Of a stretch of 64,000 nt of DNA, positions 50,805 through 62,421 are shown in pieces. Position numbers and translations under genes: made by a program. The DNA is from Candidatus Latescibacterota bacterium (lineage in GTDB: Bacteria; Latescibacterota; UBA2968; GCA-2709665), in assembly GCA_965222075.1 (NCBI GenBank), contig OZ244937.1:2976001-3040000 (forward strand). The letters are read 5' to 3'. Each line of letters opens with the position of its first letter. Within the stretch, counting starts at the first letter, position 1. Below the pieces are notes generated by a model. The model saw only the letters and a program-made list of their open reading frames with translations. It had not been told where the DNA came from and made no database searches.

Positions 50805-52034
50805 TTACGGCTCAATCGTCTTGACAACCGCAACAGGTGTATCGTGAGCGAGGTTGTAATGCCCAGAGACTATCACGGAATCTCCTTCTTGAACACCATC
50901 TAAGATCTCCGTATAGAACTCATTTTTTTTGCCGCTCATTATATACCGCCATTTTGCCAATCCATTTTCAACAACAAAAACAACATCTCTCTCATCTCGA
51001 TTTAAAATAGCCTCGGTCTTTACGACCAATCTATTACTGTAAACGAGAGCACCAATCCGAGCATTAGCAAACATGCCAGGTTTAAGCCTGAATCTGGGAT
51101 TATCTATTAAAATGCTTACTTCGCAAGTGCCTGTTTCAGGATCAACCATAGAACGAATCATATTTACCGTACCCGTGTAAACAGTATCGGGGTAAGCAAC
51201 AAAAATCACTTGAGCAGGTGCTCTCACATTGATATGGCGAATTTCGCTCTCTAACACACGGGAGTTAACAACGACGTGATCCAAATCGATCAGCCGTAGA
51301 ACCTCCTCGTCATTTCTTATCCAATCTCCCGAAGAGAAGTTCAAATCCACTACGTGACCATCAAATGGGGCATATAGCCTTGTTTGTTCAAGAGATAACC
51401 TGGCTCGCTCTACAGCGGTCCAGGCATTAATCAAACCAACTCTTCCAGCTATAAACCAGGATCGGTTATGTCTGGTGGATGTATTGGAGAGCCTTGAATT
51501 CGTCTTTCGGTTCTTTGTTTGACTGTCAAATGTCTTTAATTCTTCAGTCATCGAGGCCCGAAAGCGTTCCTCAACCTTTTCTAAAATATCTACACTTTCT
51601 GAAGGATTAAATCCCAGTTCAAGAGCGTATTGCGTCAACGTCGACATGTAGAGGTTTTTGGCATCAATTAATGCATAACTCTGTTCATCTGAATTCAGGG
51701 CGAATAAGAGTTGACCCTGTTTCACAAGCGTATTTTCTCGAATCGGTAATTCCGTAATCTGTCCGGGCTGTTTCGAAATGATCGACACTTCTCGCAGGGC
51801 TTTCGTATAACCCGTCGCACGGACGTGTTGTATCAATTTTTGTTTTGTTGCGATTGCCACTTCAATCGGTACAGGTTCTATGTTTAGCTGAACCTTAAGC
51901 GTTTCAACAGATGTCGTGTCGGGTGCGCTTTCACTTACGCTATGACGAATCGTCAAATTTTCAGAATTGAGAACGAATCCAATAAAAAAACCCCCGACTA
52001 TTACCAATATCCATTTTTTTTTCTTATTTTTCAT
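50805..52034 (-). CDS. RND periplasmic adaptor (membrane fusion protein)
   Basis: N-terminal TM segment, LYAPFDGHV, LKPGMFA, EILDGVQEGD. Confidence 0.9.
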   Translation of the reverse strand: MKNKKKKWILVIVGGFFIGFVLNSENLTIRHSVSESAPDTTSVETLKVQLNIEPVPIEVAIATKQKLIQHVRATGYTKALREVSIISKQPGQITELPIRENTLVKQGQLLFALNSDEQSYALIDAKNLYMSTLTQYALELGFNPSESVDILEKVEERFRASMTEELKTFDSQTKNRKTNSRLSNTSTRHNRSWFIAGRVGLINAWTAVERARLSLEQTRLYAPFDGHVVDLNFSSGDWIRNDEEVLRLIDLDHVVVNSRVLESEIRHINVRAPAQVIFVAYPDTVYTGTVNMIRSMVDPETGTCEVSILIDNPRFRLKPGMFANARIGALVYSNRLVVKTEAILNRDERDVVFVVENGLAKWRYIMSGKKNEFYTEILDGVQEGDSVIVSGHYNLAHDTPVAVVKTIEP

Positions 52035-52119
52035 AACCTTGAATCCGTTATACACGCAAGAAAAAAAAGCAATCGGGCTGTTTTCACTGCAATAAGACAA
52101 TTATTTGACAATATCAAGT

Positions 52120-52148
52120 AATAAATCCCTTGAAACAAGGGATTTATT
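52120..52148. terminator. Perfect 13-bp inverted repeat (terminator or operator)
   Basis: aataaatcccttg-aaa-caagggatttatt between the ABC remnant and the MFP gene. Confidence 0.5.
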
Positions 52149-52175
52149 TTTGCGGGGTTTCTCAAAAGGCAAATA

Positions 52176-52459
52176 TTAACTTTCCAACAGGGCGAGATCT
52201 TTAGGCGTTTCTTCCTCTCTTAATCCTTGGTTTGGCTCAGGGGGATGAAATGTGTCACCATCGGAAGATTCTCGATATTGATCTTGAAACAGCCGCCAGC
52301 AAACCCCGCGTTTTTGCATTAATTCCTCAGGGGTTCCTTGTTCTGCGATTTTACCATCCGACAGGCAAATCACTTCCTCAACCTTTTGTATCGTGGACCA
52401 GCGATGGCTAACCACAAGAATCGTCTTGTCTTTATAATGTGAACGCAATAAGTCATATA
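52176..52459 (-). pseudogene. ABC transporter ATP-binding domain, C-terminal remnant truncated by IS
   Basis: KTILVVSHRWSTIQ..GKIAEQGTPEEL begins directly at the IS end. Confidence 0.8.
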
Positions 52460-52892
52460 GGGTGCTGACTCGGCTTTACGTAGATATTTTCTGTCTATGC
52501 AGCATCGGCATAGTCAAGGAGTTCATCACCGTCATATCGAACTTGTTTATACTGACTCCAGAAAGCATCCCATCGTTTTGACTTGACATAAGTGCGTAAC
52601 TGCAAGATGCGTTGTCCGCCTTTCCACGACCATTGCATACCCGATCGACAAAGCCTTGTTTTGACCAGGGTTTTGCAAGCCGCTTCGACGGGTCCAGAGC
52701 CGATGGGCAGTCCTCTTCGACGGAAGTCTGCATAGGCCATCCGGTGTTTATTTCTTCGGAAGAAAGTTCGTTCGTCCTGTATGGCTTTCAATCGTTTTGG
52801 GCCCAGCTTTCGACGGCTTTTGTAATAGTCGATGGAGCGAATAAGGGTTTCTGCTGCGCCATCTTGGGTCAGTAGTTTGTGGTAATAGGTTT

Positions 52893-54452
52893 GGGTGTAG
52901 CCTCGTTTTTACGCTGCGATTCTGTGAATTGTTATAGGTGTGGTTTGCTGCAGGTACCAGTTCCAGAAAGCATCCCATCGTTTCGATTGAACGAGGACTC
53001 GTAGGTTGAGGATCCGCTGGCCGCCTTCTCGAGTCCAGCGCATGCCGCTTCTTTTAAGCCGGTGGCCAACGATGGTCTTGGCAGCGGCCTCCACAGGGCC
53101 ACTGGCAATGATCAACCCCAAGGCGTGATAGCGAGCGTATTCCATTTTGTCCCGGTTGTTGCGGAAGTAGCCCAGTTCGACGCTCGCTTGGCGATAGCGT
53201 TTTGATCCGCTTGGCAGTTTGCGGCGGTGGTAGGATAGGGAGCGGATCAGGCCCTTTATGGCATTGGGTTCATGGCGCAATTTGTGCCGCCAAGATCGGT
53301 ACCAGCGATCTGCTTTCGCCGAGGCCTTGCCGAAAAGATGCTCGGCGGCCTTGGACAGGTGGTGCGCTGCGTGATAGAAGTCCAGAATGCGGGTGAACCC
53401 GTCGAACACACTTTGCTGGTCTACAGTATGCCAGATCGCTCGTTTGCCGTCGGCCAACACGACCCGGTGGTCATAGCTTCCCTGCTGCAAGGCCTTTGCC
53501 GTCTGGTCCACCAAGCCGTTGACCAGGGTCTCCATCTTCGTCTCGGGCATACGCGCGGCATAGCGCACGTCAACGCGTTGGGGCTCTTCCGTCTCCGGAT
53601 GCAGCGGCGTCAGGTAGGTGGCGACCATGCCCACACCCGCCTCCTTCCAGGCCGTGGGCGCGCTGTTGGTGTCCCTATCCATCGGTCGTTGGGGTGGACG
53701 CCCGCGCTTGGGCGCTGGTTCCCGCAAGGGCACGGTGACCCCGTCCCAACTCACCACCAGGGTGTCGGCTTGGGCATTTAGGGGCGCCGCCTCTTGCAAG
53801 GCCAACTCGAGCTGTTGGGTACCGTCCTCGGCACACTGCCCGACGGTGGTCAACAGGTGCTGAATCGCGGTGCGGGAAGGCGGCTCGGGCAGCACTTCAG
53901 CCAAGCTGTCCTCCACTTCGGCCGGGACCAGGCGGGCACTTAGAAACGCCGTCACGCGCTCCAGCGCCGGTACCATGAAACGATTCACCATGCCGCAGCG
54001 CTCATCCAAAGGCACCCGGCTTGCCCCGCCCCGGTCGTGCTGATACAGCCGTCGTGGCATCACAACCTTGCCCCACAGGGTCATCCACTCCTTGTTGACC
54101 ACTTGCTTGAATCGGTATACCCGATCCTCACTTACCACCGTCTCGTCCGCGATCTCACAGGCCTGCGCCAGGTGTTGGAACCCAGCCCGACCGATGTCGT
54201 CCAAAGAGGCTCGAAGCTCGTCCATCACCTCGCCGAATGCCTCTGGTCCTGATTGCTCCGACTGCAGGTGTTGCTCCCACTGGAGGACATTTTCTTGCAA
54301 TTTCGCTATACAAGCACTCAGATTCTGTGTATCTTCCATCTGGGACCCCCTTCCGGGTTTTGGGCTTAAGTGTATACACCCAAAAATACATTCGTACCCG
54401 GATTTGGGGTCCCTCTTTTTGAAAAAAGCTGCGTAAATCAAAACCTACACCC
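52893..54452 (-). mobile_element. ISKra4/ISLre2-like IS (inner), intact transposase 54339-52909
   Basis: IRs GGGTGTAG...TTTACGC; 8-bp TSD ataggttt at 52885-52892 and 54453-54460; SWDG, ADG, DFYH, SGPVEA motifs. Confidence 0.92.
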
Positions 54453-54857
54453 ATAGGTTTCATACCAGCTTTGCGCTTTTGCTGATTTTTTGCCAAACAG
54501 GAGTTCGGCAGCCCCAGACAGATGTTCTGTCGTGTGATAAAAATCCACCAGTTTTTCATAACCGGTGAACCAAGGCGTGGTATCAGCATATTTCCACAAT
54601 CCTCGTGCCCCATCACACAGGAACACTTTCTCAACCTCATCTTTCAGTTGTCCTTCAATATGATCGAGTTCTTCCTCAAAGCGCCTTTTCAACGTTTGGC
54701 TACCCTCTTCGGGCATTTGTGCCACATACCGAGAGACCAAGCGCTTTGGTGGGGTGCCGTCCTTTGGAGGTGCCCCATAAAAGGACAGGCTGCCCACCAG
54801 GGCCTGTTTGAAATGAGTCGGGCTTTCTTGGGAGGGTTTTTCCCCCGGCCTCTCTTG

Positions 54858-54893
54858 CCTGCCTGTGCGTGCAGCCGCACGCACGCAGACAGG
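54858..54893. repeat. 36-bp palindromic element inserted in frame in the transposase
   Basis: cctgcctgtgcgtgcagccgcacgcacgcagacagg; relatives at 42895-42919, 63923-63955 and 63971-63998. Confidence 0.8.
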
Positions 54894-55647
54894 TGGACGC
54901 CCGCGTTTTTTCCCCGGCCCCTTGAGCCTGAGGTTTGTCCCATCCAGGCTGGCCACCATCACCTTTGTCCCTTCGGGGGTCTCCTCCTTCTGGCGGATCG
55001 ACTGGTTGAGGGTTTCATCCATCGTTTCCAGCCAGGTGCCCGTCTCTTCTGCGATGTGTTTGATCGCTGTGGCAGAAGGCTGATACAAAGCTGTCTTTTC
55101 CAGCACATTGACCGTTTCCTCTGGCGTGATAAGGGAAACCGCGAACAATACCGCTTCACGAACTTCTACGGTGGCAAACTCACCCACCATACCCCACATC
55201 ACATCCAAGGGCACATAAGAAGACCCCCCTTCATCGGCCTGAAACAGATTTCGAGAAAGCTTCATCTTCCCAAAGGGAGTCAAAAACGTCTTCTCACTTT
55301 GTTGCTTAAACCGATACAGCACACCCTCAACCTGTTTTGGCACCTCATCCACTTCGTAGGCTTCCAAAAACGTGCGAAGACCTGCGATCCCACAAGCCTT
55401 GAGGGCTTCACCAAGCCCACTTGTGACCTGTTCTGCCAATTGAGGGGTCAAGCTCTCCAGGTCCAGATTTTTGCAATGGGCGCTCAATTTTTGCTTAAAT
55501 TCCCAGGTGGCGGCTTCGATCATCTCTGCGAGGTCCATCTTGGGCTCCTTTCCCGAATCTATACAACTTTATGGTTTTCAGCTTGTTGTATAATCGGGAT
55601 CTGGAGCCCTTTATGCAACTGCTTTACGTAAAATCAGAACAGCACCC

Positions 55648-56430
55648 ATGAGAAAGAACAAGAGGTGGCCAAAGACCTGATCAAAGCGCATCCCAATGCG
55701 CCCAAGCGTGTCGTCGCCCTTTTGGCCGGAAAAACGGGAAAAACTATCAGCACTTCCAGCCTAAGAAGGATTGCCAAAGGGACCGGCTTACGTTGGAAGC
55801 GAGTCAGAAAATCCGTCAAATCGAAACGAAACGATAAGGCGTTTGAAGAGGGGAAAAAAGAGCTTGAAGGGTTAAAAAAAACACCGGACCGGAGCGCTTG
55901 ATCTGTTCTATTATGATGAAGCCGGATTTTCTCTGGACCCTTACATTCCCTACGCCTGGCAACCTGTTGGGCAAACCATAGAGATACCCGCCGCAAAAGG
56001 CAAACGCCTCAATGTTTTGGGATTTTTCAACACGGATAATGATCTGACGCCTTTCTGTGTAGAAGGCAGCGTTGACACACAGACAGTCATCGGATGCTTT
56101 GACGCCTTTTGCGATACCATCACCAAGAAGACCGTGGTGGTGATAGATAATGCCCCCATCCACAAATCGCAGGCATTTCAGGAGAAGATACCAACTTGGC
56201 AGAAGAAAGGACTCTTCCTTTACTTTTTACCAAAATATTCTCCTGAACTCAATCTGATCGAAAACTTGTGGCGCTTTATCAAGTATTACTGGCTGCCCTT
56301 TTCGGCCTATTTGAATTTCGAGGCTTTGGTTGAAGCTGTTGAAGATATTTTGGTGAACGTGGGAACGAAATACCAAATCTCTTTTCAGTAGATCCTTCAA
56401 TATGTCAGAAAATTTGTGAACGACTACTTA
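55648..56430 (+). mobile_element. IS630-family element, 5'-truncated
   Basis: GLRWKRVRKS; A-run near 55874-55881 joins to YDEAGF..DNAPIHKS..LPKYSPELNLIE; ends in TA. Confidence 0.88.
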
Positions 56431-56592
56431 CCTCCCACTTGTGCTGAATCTTGCGGTATGCCTCCCGGATCTCCTGTTGCCGGGCCTTCGACAGCGTGAG
56501 CCAGTCTTTCACGGGGTGACGTTGAAAGTAGTCAAGCTTTTCGGCCGTGGCCCTCTCTCTGGTGCGGAATGCGCGGCAATCTCATCTCTGTT

Positions 56593-56979
56593 TTAGAAAA
56601 ACCAGCCCTCGGGATCTGGGTACGCTTCTTCGCGCAACTCGTATTTCAAACCTTTTATGCACCGAATAATCATCCAGATCACCCAAAATACCCACACCGC
56701 CCCGCCAACCACGACCATTAACAGCATAAGGTCTCGGCTCACAACGACCATTAACAGCACAATGCCTGCGATCATGAGGTACAACAATCCAATCCAGAAC
56801 GTGCGAATTTGAAACCGATAGTGCGAAGCCAACCACTCAGGTGCGTCCGATCGGTTCACATAGGCCATAATAACGCCAATCAAACCCGTGATACCGACAA
56901 AAAGCTCGGCCAGATATAGAATGTAAACGATCCTGGCTATATTTGTGGCCGCCGAATGTGTTCGTTCTGTATCAGCCAT
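56593..56979 (-). CDS. DUF4870-like membrane protein
   Basis: IGVIMAYV..WLASHYRFQIRTFW..RCIKGL; RBS aggagg. Confidence 0.75.
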   Translation of the reverse strand: MADTERTHSAATNIARIVYILYLAELFVGITGLIGVIMAYVNRSDAPEWLASHYRFQIRTFWIGLLYLMIAGIVLLMVVVSRDLMLLMVVVGGAVWVFWVIWMIIRCIKGLKYELREEAYPDPEGWFF

Positions 56980-57235
56980 CGAGTCCTCCTTTTGTGATCA
57001 GGTCACGACAAAAGTCGCTTCAACTTCTTCACCCTCTTTATATCTGATCCAATTGAAGTGGACCCCAAAGTCAAGACCAATTTTGGGCGCATTGGGGTTG
57101 TCCCTTATCTGAGGGTTTGTTACGGATGAAGCTGACCTGGCCTGCTGAAGAACTTCTAAAAAAGACAGTGATTCTGATTTGGGGACTGTTCCTGGTGCCA
57201 CAAAACTGCACGATGTGTTGTCACTTCTCATCTAT

Positions 57236-57465
57236 AGCAACCCGCATTCCCATTTTGTCCGGAAAACAAAAAAGCACTTGAAAAACTCTCAAGTGCCTTG
57301 AAAAACAATAAGATAAATCTTTGACCGGTTACAACTTGAGAACCCTTTTCAAAAACAACCGCCAACAAATGTTGGCGCATATTCCATACCTGTAGAGTCT
57401 TTACAAAACAAAATGTCCGCAACCTACTGTACAATATAAACTAAGGTTCGCCAACATGCGTTGGC
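57236..57465 (-). promoter_or_regulatory. Putative sigma54 promoter with two upstream palindromic activator sites
   Basis: GG-N10-GC (tgggaatgcgggttgct) at 57236-57252; GCCAAC-N4-GTTGGC at 57361-57376 and 57450-57465. Confidence 0.4.
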
Positions 57466-57497
57466 AACCCTTGTGACCGTGTACTGCCAACAGGGGT

Positions 57498-60400
57498 TTA
57501 CATATCAGAGCCACTCCCTCTCCGTATCTCCAACCGGGCCATCTTCTTCTGCAGACCATACCGGGTTAGACCCAATCTGGCAGCAGCCTGAGTTATATTT
57601 CCCTCGCACTCTGCCAGCATCCTGATAATCGTTTGCTTTTCAAATGCGTCAACATGCGCCTTGAGATATCCCTTCTGAGAAAGATCCGCTCCCGGTTCTA
57701 CTCCGGTACTGATCGGGGCCGAAAAGAGATCCGACGAAATCTCTCCTCCTTCCTCCACAATCGCCACCACACGGCGGACCTCATTCTCAAGTTCCCGTAC
57801 ATTGCCCGGCCACGCGTACCCCATCAAGGCCTGAATAGCCTCTATCGTAAATCCCTTCACCGATTTACCCGTCTCTTCCGTCACGCGTTTCAGCAGCCCC
57901 TCCGCCAACAGGGGGATATCTTCTGAAAATTGCCTCAGGGACGGCATTTCAATCTGCAACACCCGCAACCGGTAGTACAGGTCTTCCCGGAAAGTCCCCT
58001 GCTCCACATCGACTTCTAAGTCCCGGTTGGTTGCTGCAATGACCCGAACATCTACCTTCCGGGCCGTATTCTCTCCGATCCTCCTGATTTCACCTTCTTG
58101 CAGCACCCTTAACAGATTGGATTGAACCTCAGGGGAAGCATCACCGATCTCATCTAAAAAAACCGTACCACCCTCAGCTGCCTCAAACAGGCCTTCCTGA
58201 TCATTCACAGCACCTGTAAAGGCGCCCTTCTGATGTCCAAACAGTTGGCTTTGCAGCAGTTCTGGTGAAAGTGCTGCACAATTCTGAGAGAGAAACGGAC
58301 CGTCTTTCCGGGCACTATTGTAATGAATAGCACGCGTTGCCAGTTCTTTGCCTGTACCGGTTTCGCCCCGGAGCAGCACGGTAACATCCATACCTGCCGC
58401 CTGCTCGATGAGTTGATACACCTTCTGCATCGCTTCACTTTGTCCTATCAGTTCCCCAAGCTGATATCTTCCTTCCACTTGCTGTTGCAGATGAAGCGTC
58501 TGGTTCTTCACCTGGGTATGCACCCGGGCATTATGTATCGCTATAGAAACCATATTTCCGAAGGCAGACAGAAATAACCGATCTTCTTCAGAAAACACAT
58601 TCGTTACCCCTCTGCAATCTACATACAACGCCCCGGTTCCACCTTCCTCTGCATGAAAGAGGGGTACGCAGAGAACCGACCGAATGTCATAATCAATCAC
58701 ACTTTGATACCCGCCGAACCGTTCATCGGCTCGTGCATCCAGGCTCAGGATGGGGTTATTTTGCTCGACAACCTCTCGAATGATGCCCCGGCTAATCTCT
58801 TCCGCCGTCTCATCCTGAATGTCGTGCGACCGGGCAACTTGAATCCGGATCTCTCCCGCAGATTCGTCCTTTAACACAACAATTGCCCGTTCGGCCTTGC
58901 TGATTTTCAGCAGGCGATCCAGAACGCGATCCAAAAGGGGATTCAAATCAAGCAGTGTGATCAGGTCGCCACTTACCTCGTAGAGTGTACGCAGGCGATC
59001 CTGAGAAAGCTTATCACTTACCAGGGTTAACGGTTGATCTTCATCTATTTCTGAAATCCGTTCAAGCAGGCCGACAGCCCTCTGCTCAAAATACGTCGCT
59101 CCCATCTCCTCAAATCCCGCTCTGGCAACCTCGACGTGCGACCGTGCAAATTCCTGATTCCCTCTTTCCAGGAAAAATTCCCCCGCCTGCATATATGCCC
59201 GCATCCTGGCGAATCCTCTGGCCCTATCCCGAACCCCAACCGCTTTCTCGAATGCCTCTCTGGCCTCATCATAACGGCCTGCTGCTGAAAGGGCTTTGCC
59301 AATTCCAGCCCAAATCGAAATATGAATATTGCCGCTTAACCCTACACCTGGTCGCACCCGGTCCGCCCAGGCAAGCGCCTGATCCATATCACCGGACGCA
59401 ACCGCCACCTCCATCAACAGGACATAAGCCATGTAAATCAGCCGGTCACGTCCCGTCTCGGATAAAAGCATCTCAGCTTCACGGGCGTACGTCTCAGCCC
59501 GATCGAACTCCCCGGTCTCTAAAACCAACCTCCCCAAAGAGAGCAATACACTTGCCTGCACTGCCTTAGCACCACGCCTGTGCCAGACATCATAGGTTTC
59601 CTGGTAAATTTCTTCAGCCCGACCGAACTCCCCTGTGCAGAAATACACCCATCCCAAATGATGCAAGCTGACATGTCGGTAGTTCTGGTCCTCTACCTGA
59701 TCCTGAAGGCCTAAGGCAGACTCAAAGCAGGATTGGGCTTCTTGAAGCCGGTTTTCCATTAATGCTGCATATCCCAGATAACTGTATGCGCGTACTTTAT
59801 AAACAGGCTCTCCAAAATTCCGACATTTTTCAGCGGCAAATCGACAACATTTTATCGCATCTTCTACCTTACCCCCCACCTCATACACGCTCGACAACTG
59901 GACCAGGGTGTCTAATTCACTTCGCTCATCCCCCAATTGCTGGTAAATAGCCAGGGCATCCCGCAAGTTGGTTTCTGCGGTCCGGACCTCTTGCGGATTA
60001 TTGATTATACCCAAAAGCATCAATGCACGCGCCTTTTGCGCCAACATCTGATCGGATGCCAGTTCGGTCACCTTCCCAATCTTTGCCTTCGCCTCTTCAT
60101 ATCGGCCACATCCGATTAAAGCTTTTGCATAGTCACACAGAAAATCCAAACCTTCTACCCTCTTTTGGGACGACTGGATCAAAACTTCATCAGAAAACAA
60201 CCCCTGTTCAAAAGCCGTTTGGAAAAGCTCAACAGCCCGTGCAAAAGCGAACGAATCCAATGCCTTCCGTCCGGCTTTGACCAGGTAGCGTCTCATCCGC
60301 TCTGCATCTCCTGCCCTGGAAACATGATAGGCCAAATCGTCCAGGCGTTCGTCCTCACCTTTTTCATAGAGGTTCTCCAGGCTTTTCCCCACCGTCAGAT

Positions 60401-62414
60401 GCAGCAGTTCACGCTTCTTTTCCGAAAGGCCCTGATAAATCGCTTGCTGAAACAATACATGACAAAAACGATACCTCCCCTCGTAATCTTCCAAATCTTG
60501 AATCAGACCAAGGCGCCCCAAATCTTCGAGTATCTCCAGAAGCTCAAATTCATCGCCGCGCCAGATTTCCGAAATCAGACCAAACGAAAATGCCCCTCGA
60601 AACACCGAGGCGTATTCCAGCACCTTGTTCTGCTCCAACCTCAGCTTCTTGATCCGTATTCTGATCATCTCCGCCACCCCGGACGGTACCAGTGTCTTTG
60701 GGACAGATTGCCACACCCACTTCCCCTCTTTCTCCCGGTAGACCACACCAGTCGCAATCAGCTCCCGGACCAGCGCAATGACAAAAAAGGGGCTCCCTCC
60801 GGTTTTTTCGAAAAGGTCTTGAGCGATCTCCTTCGGAATATTTCGCTCACCCAGCATCGATGCGGCAAGATGCCCCACATCCGTCAGGGTTAAATTGTTC
60901 AACTGAAGGTGAGCATCCCCTTGCATCTCAATGCTATGAAAAAATTCTTCTATCCTTTCGGGTAAAGACGCTCCTTCAACCCTTCGGCAGGTGAGACATA
61001 ACAGGATCGGTGTTTGCTCCCGATCTCTTCTCAGAAGATTCAGATATTCAACGGTCAACTCATCTGCCCATTGAATATCTTCAATACACAGCAGCATCGG
61101 TTGTTCCCGGCTCAGACGCTTTACAAATTCTGCCAACATTTCCATAACCGGGTAAGGGTCTGAATGCTTGATCTGCATCTGTCGCCCAGGAAGATGCAAA
61201 GACCCGCCTCTTCCCTCTTCACCGTCAACCAACTTCCCGATATTCCAGCCCTCTTTATGCCTGTGAACCTCCCCACTGAACGCCTCAATCAACGGTTCAT
61301 AAGCCCGTCCATTGACCTCGTAACAATTGCCCTGTAACACCTGCATCCCCAGAACCCGCGCATCTCCTTGCAACTCTTCCATCATCCCCGACTTTCCAAT
61401 GCCGGCCTCGCCACTGATCAAAACAACGCGCCGCATCCCATTTTGAACCTCCTTCACCAGATCCCGGAGGACCTTCATCTCCCCATCTCGCCCTACAAAT
61501 TGAGGATAAAGCATTGGAGTCGATGGAAGCGATACGGGAAGCGTGCTTTCTCTGTACCGAGAATCTTGAATACCGACACGCTGTAGTGATTTCAGCAAAG
61601 CCTCCACTGAGTGATACCGATCAATCGGTTCCTTCTCCAGCAACTTCATCACCACCTGTTGAAGCTGCGCGGAGATCCCCTTGCGATGTGTTCTGAGAGG
61701 TCGTGGCAGATCTCTGAAGTGTTGTAATATCACTGAGACAGGATTCGCGCCCGTAAATGGAGGCGTTCCCGTCAGGATTTCATACATGATCGCGCCCAGC
61801 GAATAGAGATCCGAACGCTGATCCACCCATTTCCCCTTGATCTGCTCAGGCGACATATATTCCACAGTACCGATCGTCATACCCGGTTGGGTCAGGGATA
61901 GATCCTTCGGTTGCCGCAACCGCACCAGCCCGAAATCCAGAATGGTCACGGCAAAATTCCCATCTGCTTCACAGATCATAATATTAGAGGGTTTCAAATC
62001 GCGATGTACCCACCCCCGCTCGTGAATATGGGCCAGCCCCTCCCCAATTTGGTGAATAAGAGAAAAAAAGTGCGAATCGATTAATTGCGCTCTCTTCTCC
62101 CCCTCCTTCACCCAGACATCCAGGGAATTGCCGGAAATGTAATCCATAGCGAAATAGGGCCTGCCCTTATACATGCCCCACTGGTGGGGCCGTACGATTC
62201 GGGGGTGCCGGATCCTGGAAAGAATACTGAATTCTCTCAGAAATCGCTGACGTACTTCACCCTGGTCTACAGCTGTATTGAGCACCTTAAGTGCCGCATC
62301 TCCATCCCCCTGCAGATCCCGCACACGATATACAGCTCCCATACCACCGCTTCCCAGGTGGGATAGAATTTCGTAGCGACTGTCAACAACTGTTCCCGGA
62401 TCTAACTCTGCCAT
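57498..62414 (-). CDS. Ser/Thr kinase-AAA-TPR-GAF-sigma54 activator-Fis HTH fusion
   Basis: [22 protein letters not shown]; [16 protein letters not shown]; TPR-like helices; GAF SVLCVPL; [22 protein letters not shown]; C-terminal HTH. Confidence 0.92.
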   Translation of the reverse strand: MAELDPGTVVDSRYEILSHLGSGGMGAVYRVRDLQGDGDAALKVLNTAVDQGEVRQRFLREFSILSRIRHPRIVRPHQWGMYKGRPYFAMDYISGNSLDVWVKEGEKRAQLIDSHFFSLIHQIGEGLAHIHERGWVHRDLKPSNIMICEADGNFAVTILDFGLVRLRQPKDLSLTQPGMTIGTVEYMSPEQIKGKWVDQRSDLYSLGAIMYEILTGTPPFTGANPVSVILQHFRDLPRPLRTHRKGISAQLQQVVMKLLEKEPIDRYHSVEALLKSLQRVGIQDSRYRESTLPVSLPSTPMLYPQFVGRDGEMKVLRDLVKEVQNGMRRVVLISGEAGIGKSGMMEELQGDARVLGMQVLQGNCYEVNGRAYEPLIEAFSGEVHRHKEGWNIGKLVDGEEGRGGSLHLPGRQMQIKHSDPYPVMEMLAEFVKRLSREQPMLLCIEDIQWADELTVEYLNLLRRDREQTPILLCLTCRRVEGASLPERIEEFFHSIEMQGDAHLQLNNLTLTDVGHLAASMLGERNIPKEIAQDLFEKTGGSPFFVIALVRELIATGVVYREKEGKWVWQSVPKTLVPSGVAEMIRIRIKKLRLEQNKVLEYASVFRGAFSFGLISEIWRGDEFELLEILEDLGRLGLIQDLEDYEGRYRFCHVLFQQAIYQGLSEKKRELLHLTVGKSLENLYEKGEDERLDDLAYHVSRAGDAERMRRYLVKAGRKALDSFAFARAVELFQTAFEQGLFSDEVLIQSSQKRVEGLDFLCDYAKALIGCGRYEEAKAKIGKVTELASDQMLAQKARALMLLGIINNPQEVRTAETNLRDALAIYQQLGDERSELDTLVQLSSVYEVGGKVEDAIKCCRFAAEKCRNFGEPVYKVRAYSYLGYAALMENRLQEAQSCFESALGLQDQVEDQNYRHVSLHHLGWVYFCTGEFGRAEEIYQETYDVWHRRGAKAVQASVLLSLGRLVLETGEFDRAETYAREAEMLLSETGRDRLIYMAYVLLMEVAVASGDMDQALAWADRVRPGVGLSGNIHISIWAGIGKALSAAGRYDEAREAFEKAVGVRDRARGFARMRAYMQAGEFFLERGNQEFARSHVEVARAGFEEMGATYFEQRAVGLLERISEIDEDQPLTLVSDKLSQDRLRTLYEVSGDLITLLDLNPLLDRVLDRLLKISKAERAIVVLKDESAGEIRIQVARSHDIQDETAEEISRGIIREVVEQNNPILSLDARADERFGGYQSVIDYDIRSVLCVPLFHAEEGGTGALYVDCRGVTNVFSEEDRLFLSAFGNMVSIAIHNARVHTQVKNQTLHLQQQVEGRYQLGELIGQSEAMQKVYQLIEQAAGMDVTVLLRGETGTGKELATRAIHYNSARKDGPFLSQNCAALSPELLQSQLFGHQKGAFTGAVNDQEGLFEAAEGGTVFLDEIGDASPEVQSNLLRVLQEGEIRRIGENTARKVDVRVIAATNRDLEVDVEQGTFREDLYYRLRVLQIEMPSLRQFSEDIPLLAEGLLKRVTEETGKSVKGFTIEAIQALMGYAWPGNVRELENEVRRVVAIVEEGGEISSDLFSAPISTGVEPGADLSQKGYLKAHVDAFEKQTIIRMLAECEGNITQAAARLGLTRYGLQKKMARLEIRRGSGSDM

Positions 62415-62421
62415 GCGACCC

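Larger units (their letters stand above)
52460..55647 (-). mobile_element. ISKra4/ISLre2-like IS (outer); transposase 55538-52495 interrupted by a second IS
   Basis: IRs GGGTGCTGACTCGGCTTTACGTA / GGGTGCTGTTCTGATTTTACGTA; SLDG, CDGA, DFYH, GSGPVEAACK motifs; frame WYETY-YHKLL rejoins after removing the insert. Confidence 0.88.

Noticed and set aside
55870-55885. Frameshift in the IS630 transposase read as decay
   Set aside because: An A-run at this position is the usual programmed frameshift of IS630 elements; the real lesion is the 5' truncation.
56998-57231. 77-aa ORF upstream of the DUF4870-like gene
   Set aside because: It has no clear RBS or recognisable motif and overlaps the putative promoter region, so it was left uncalled.
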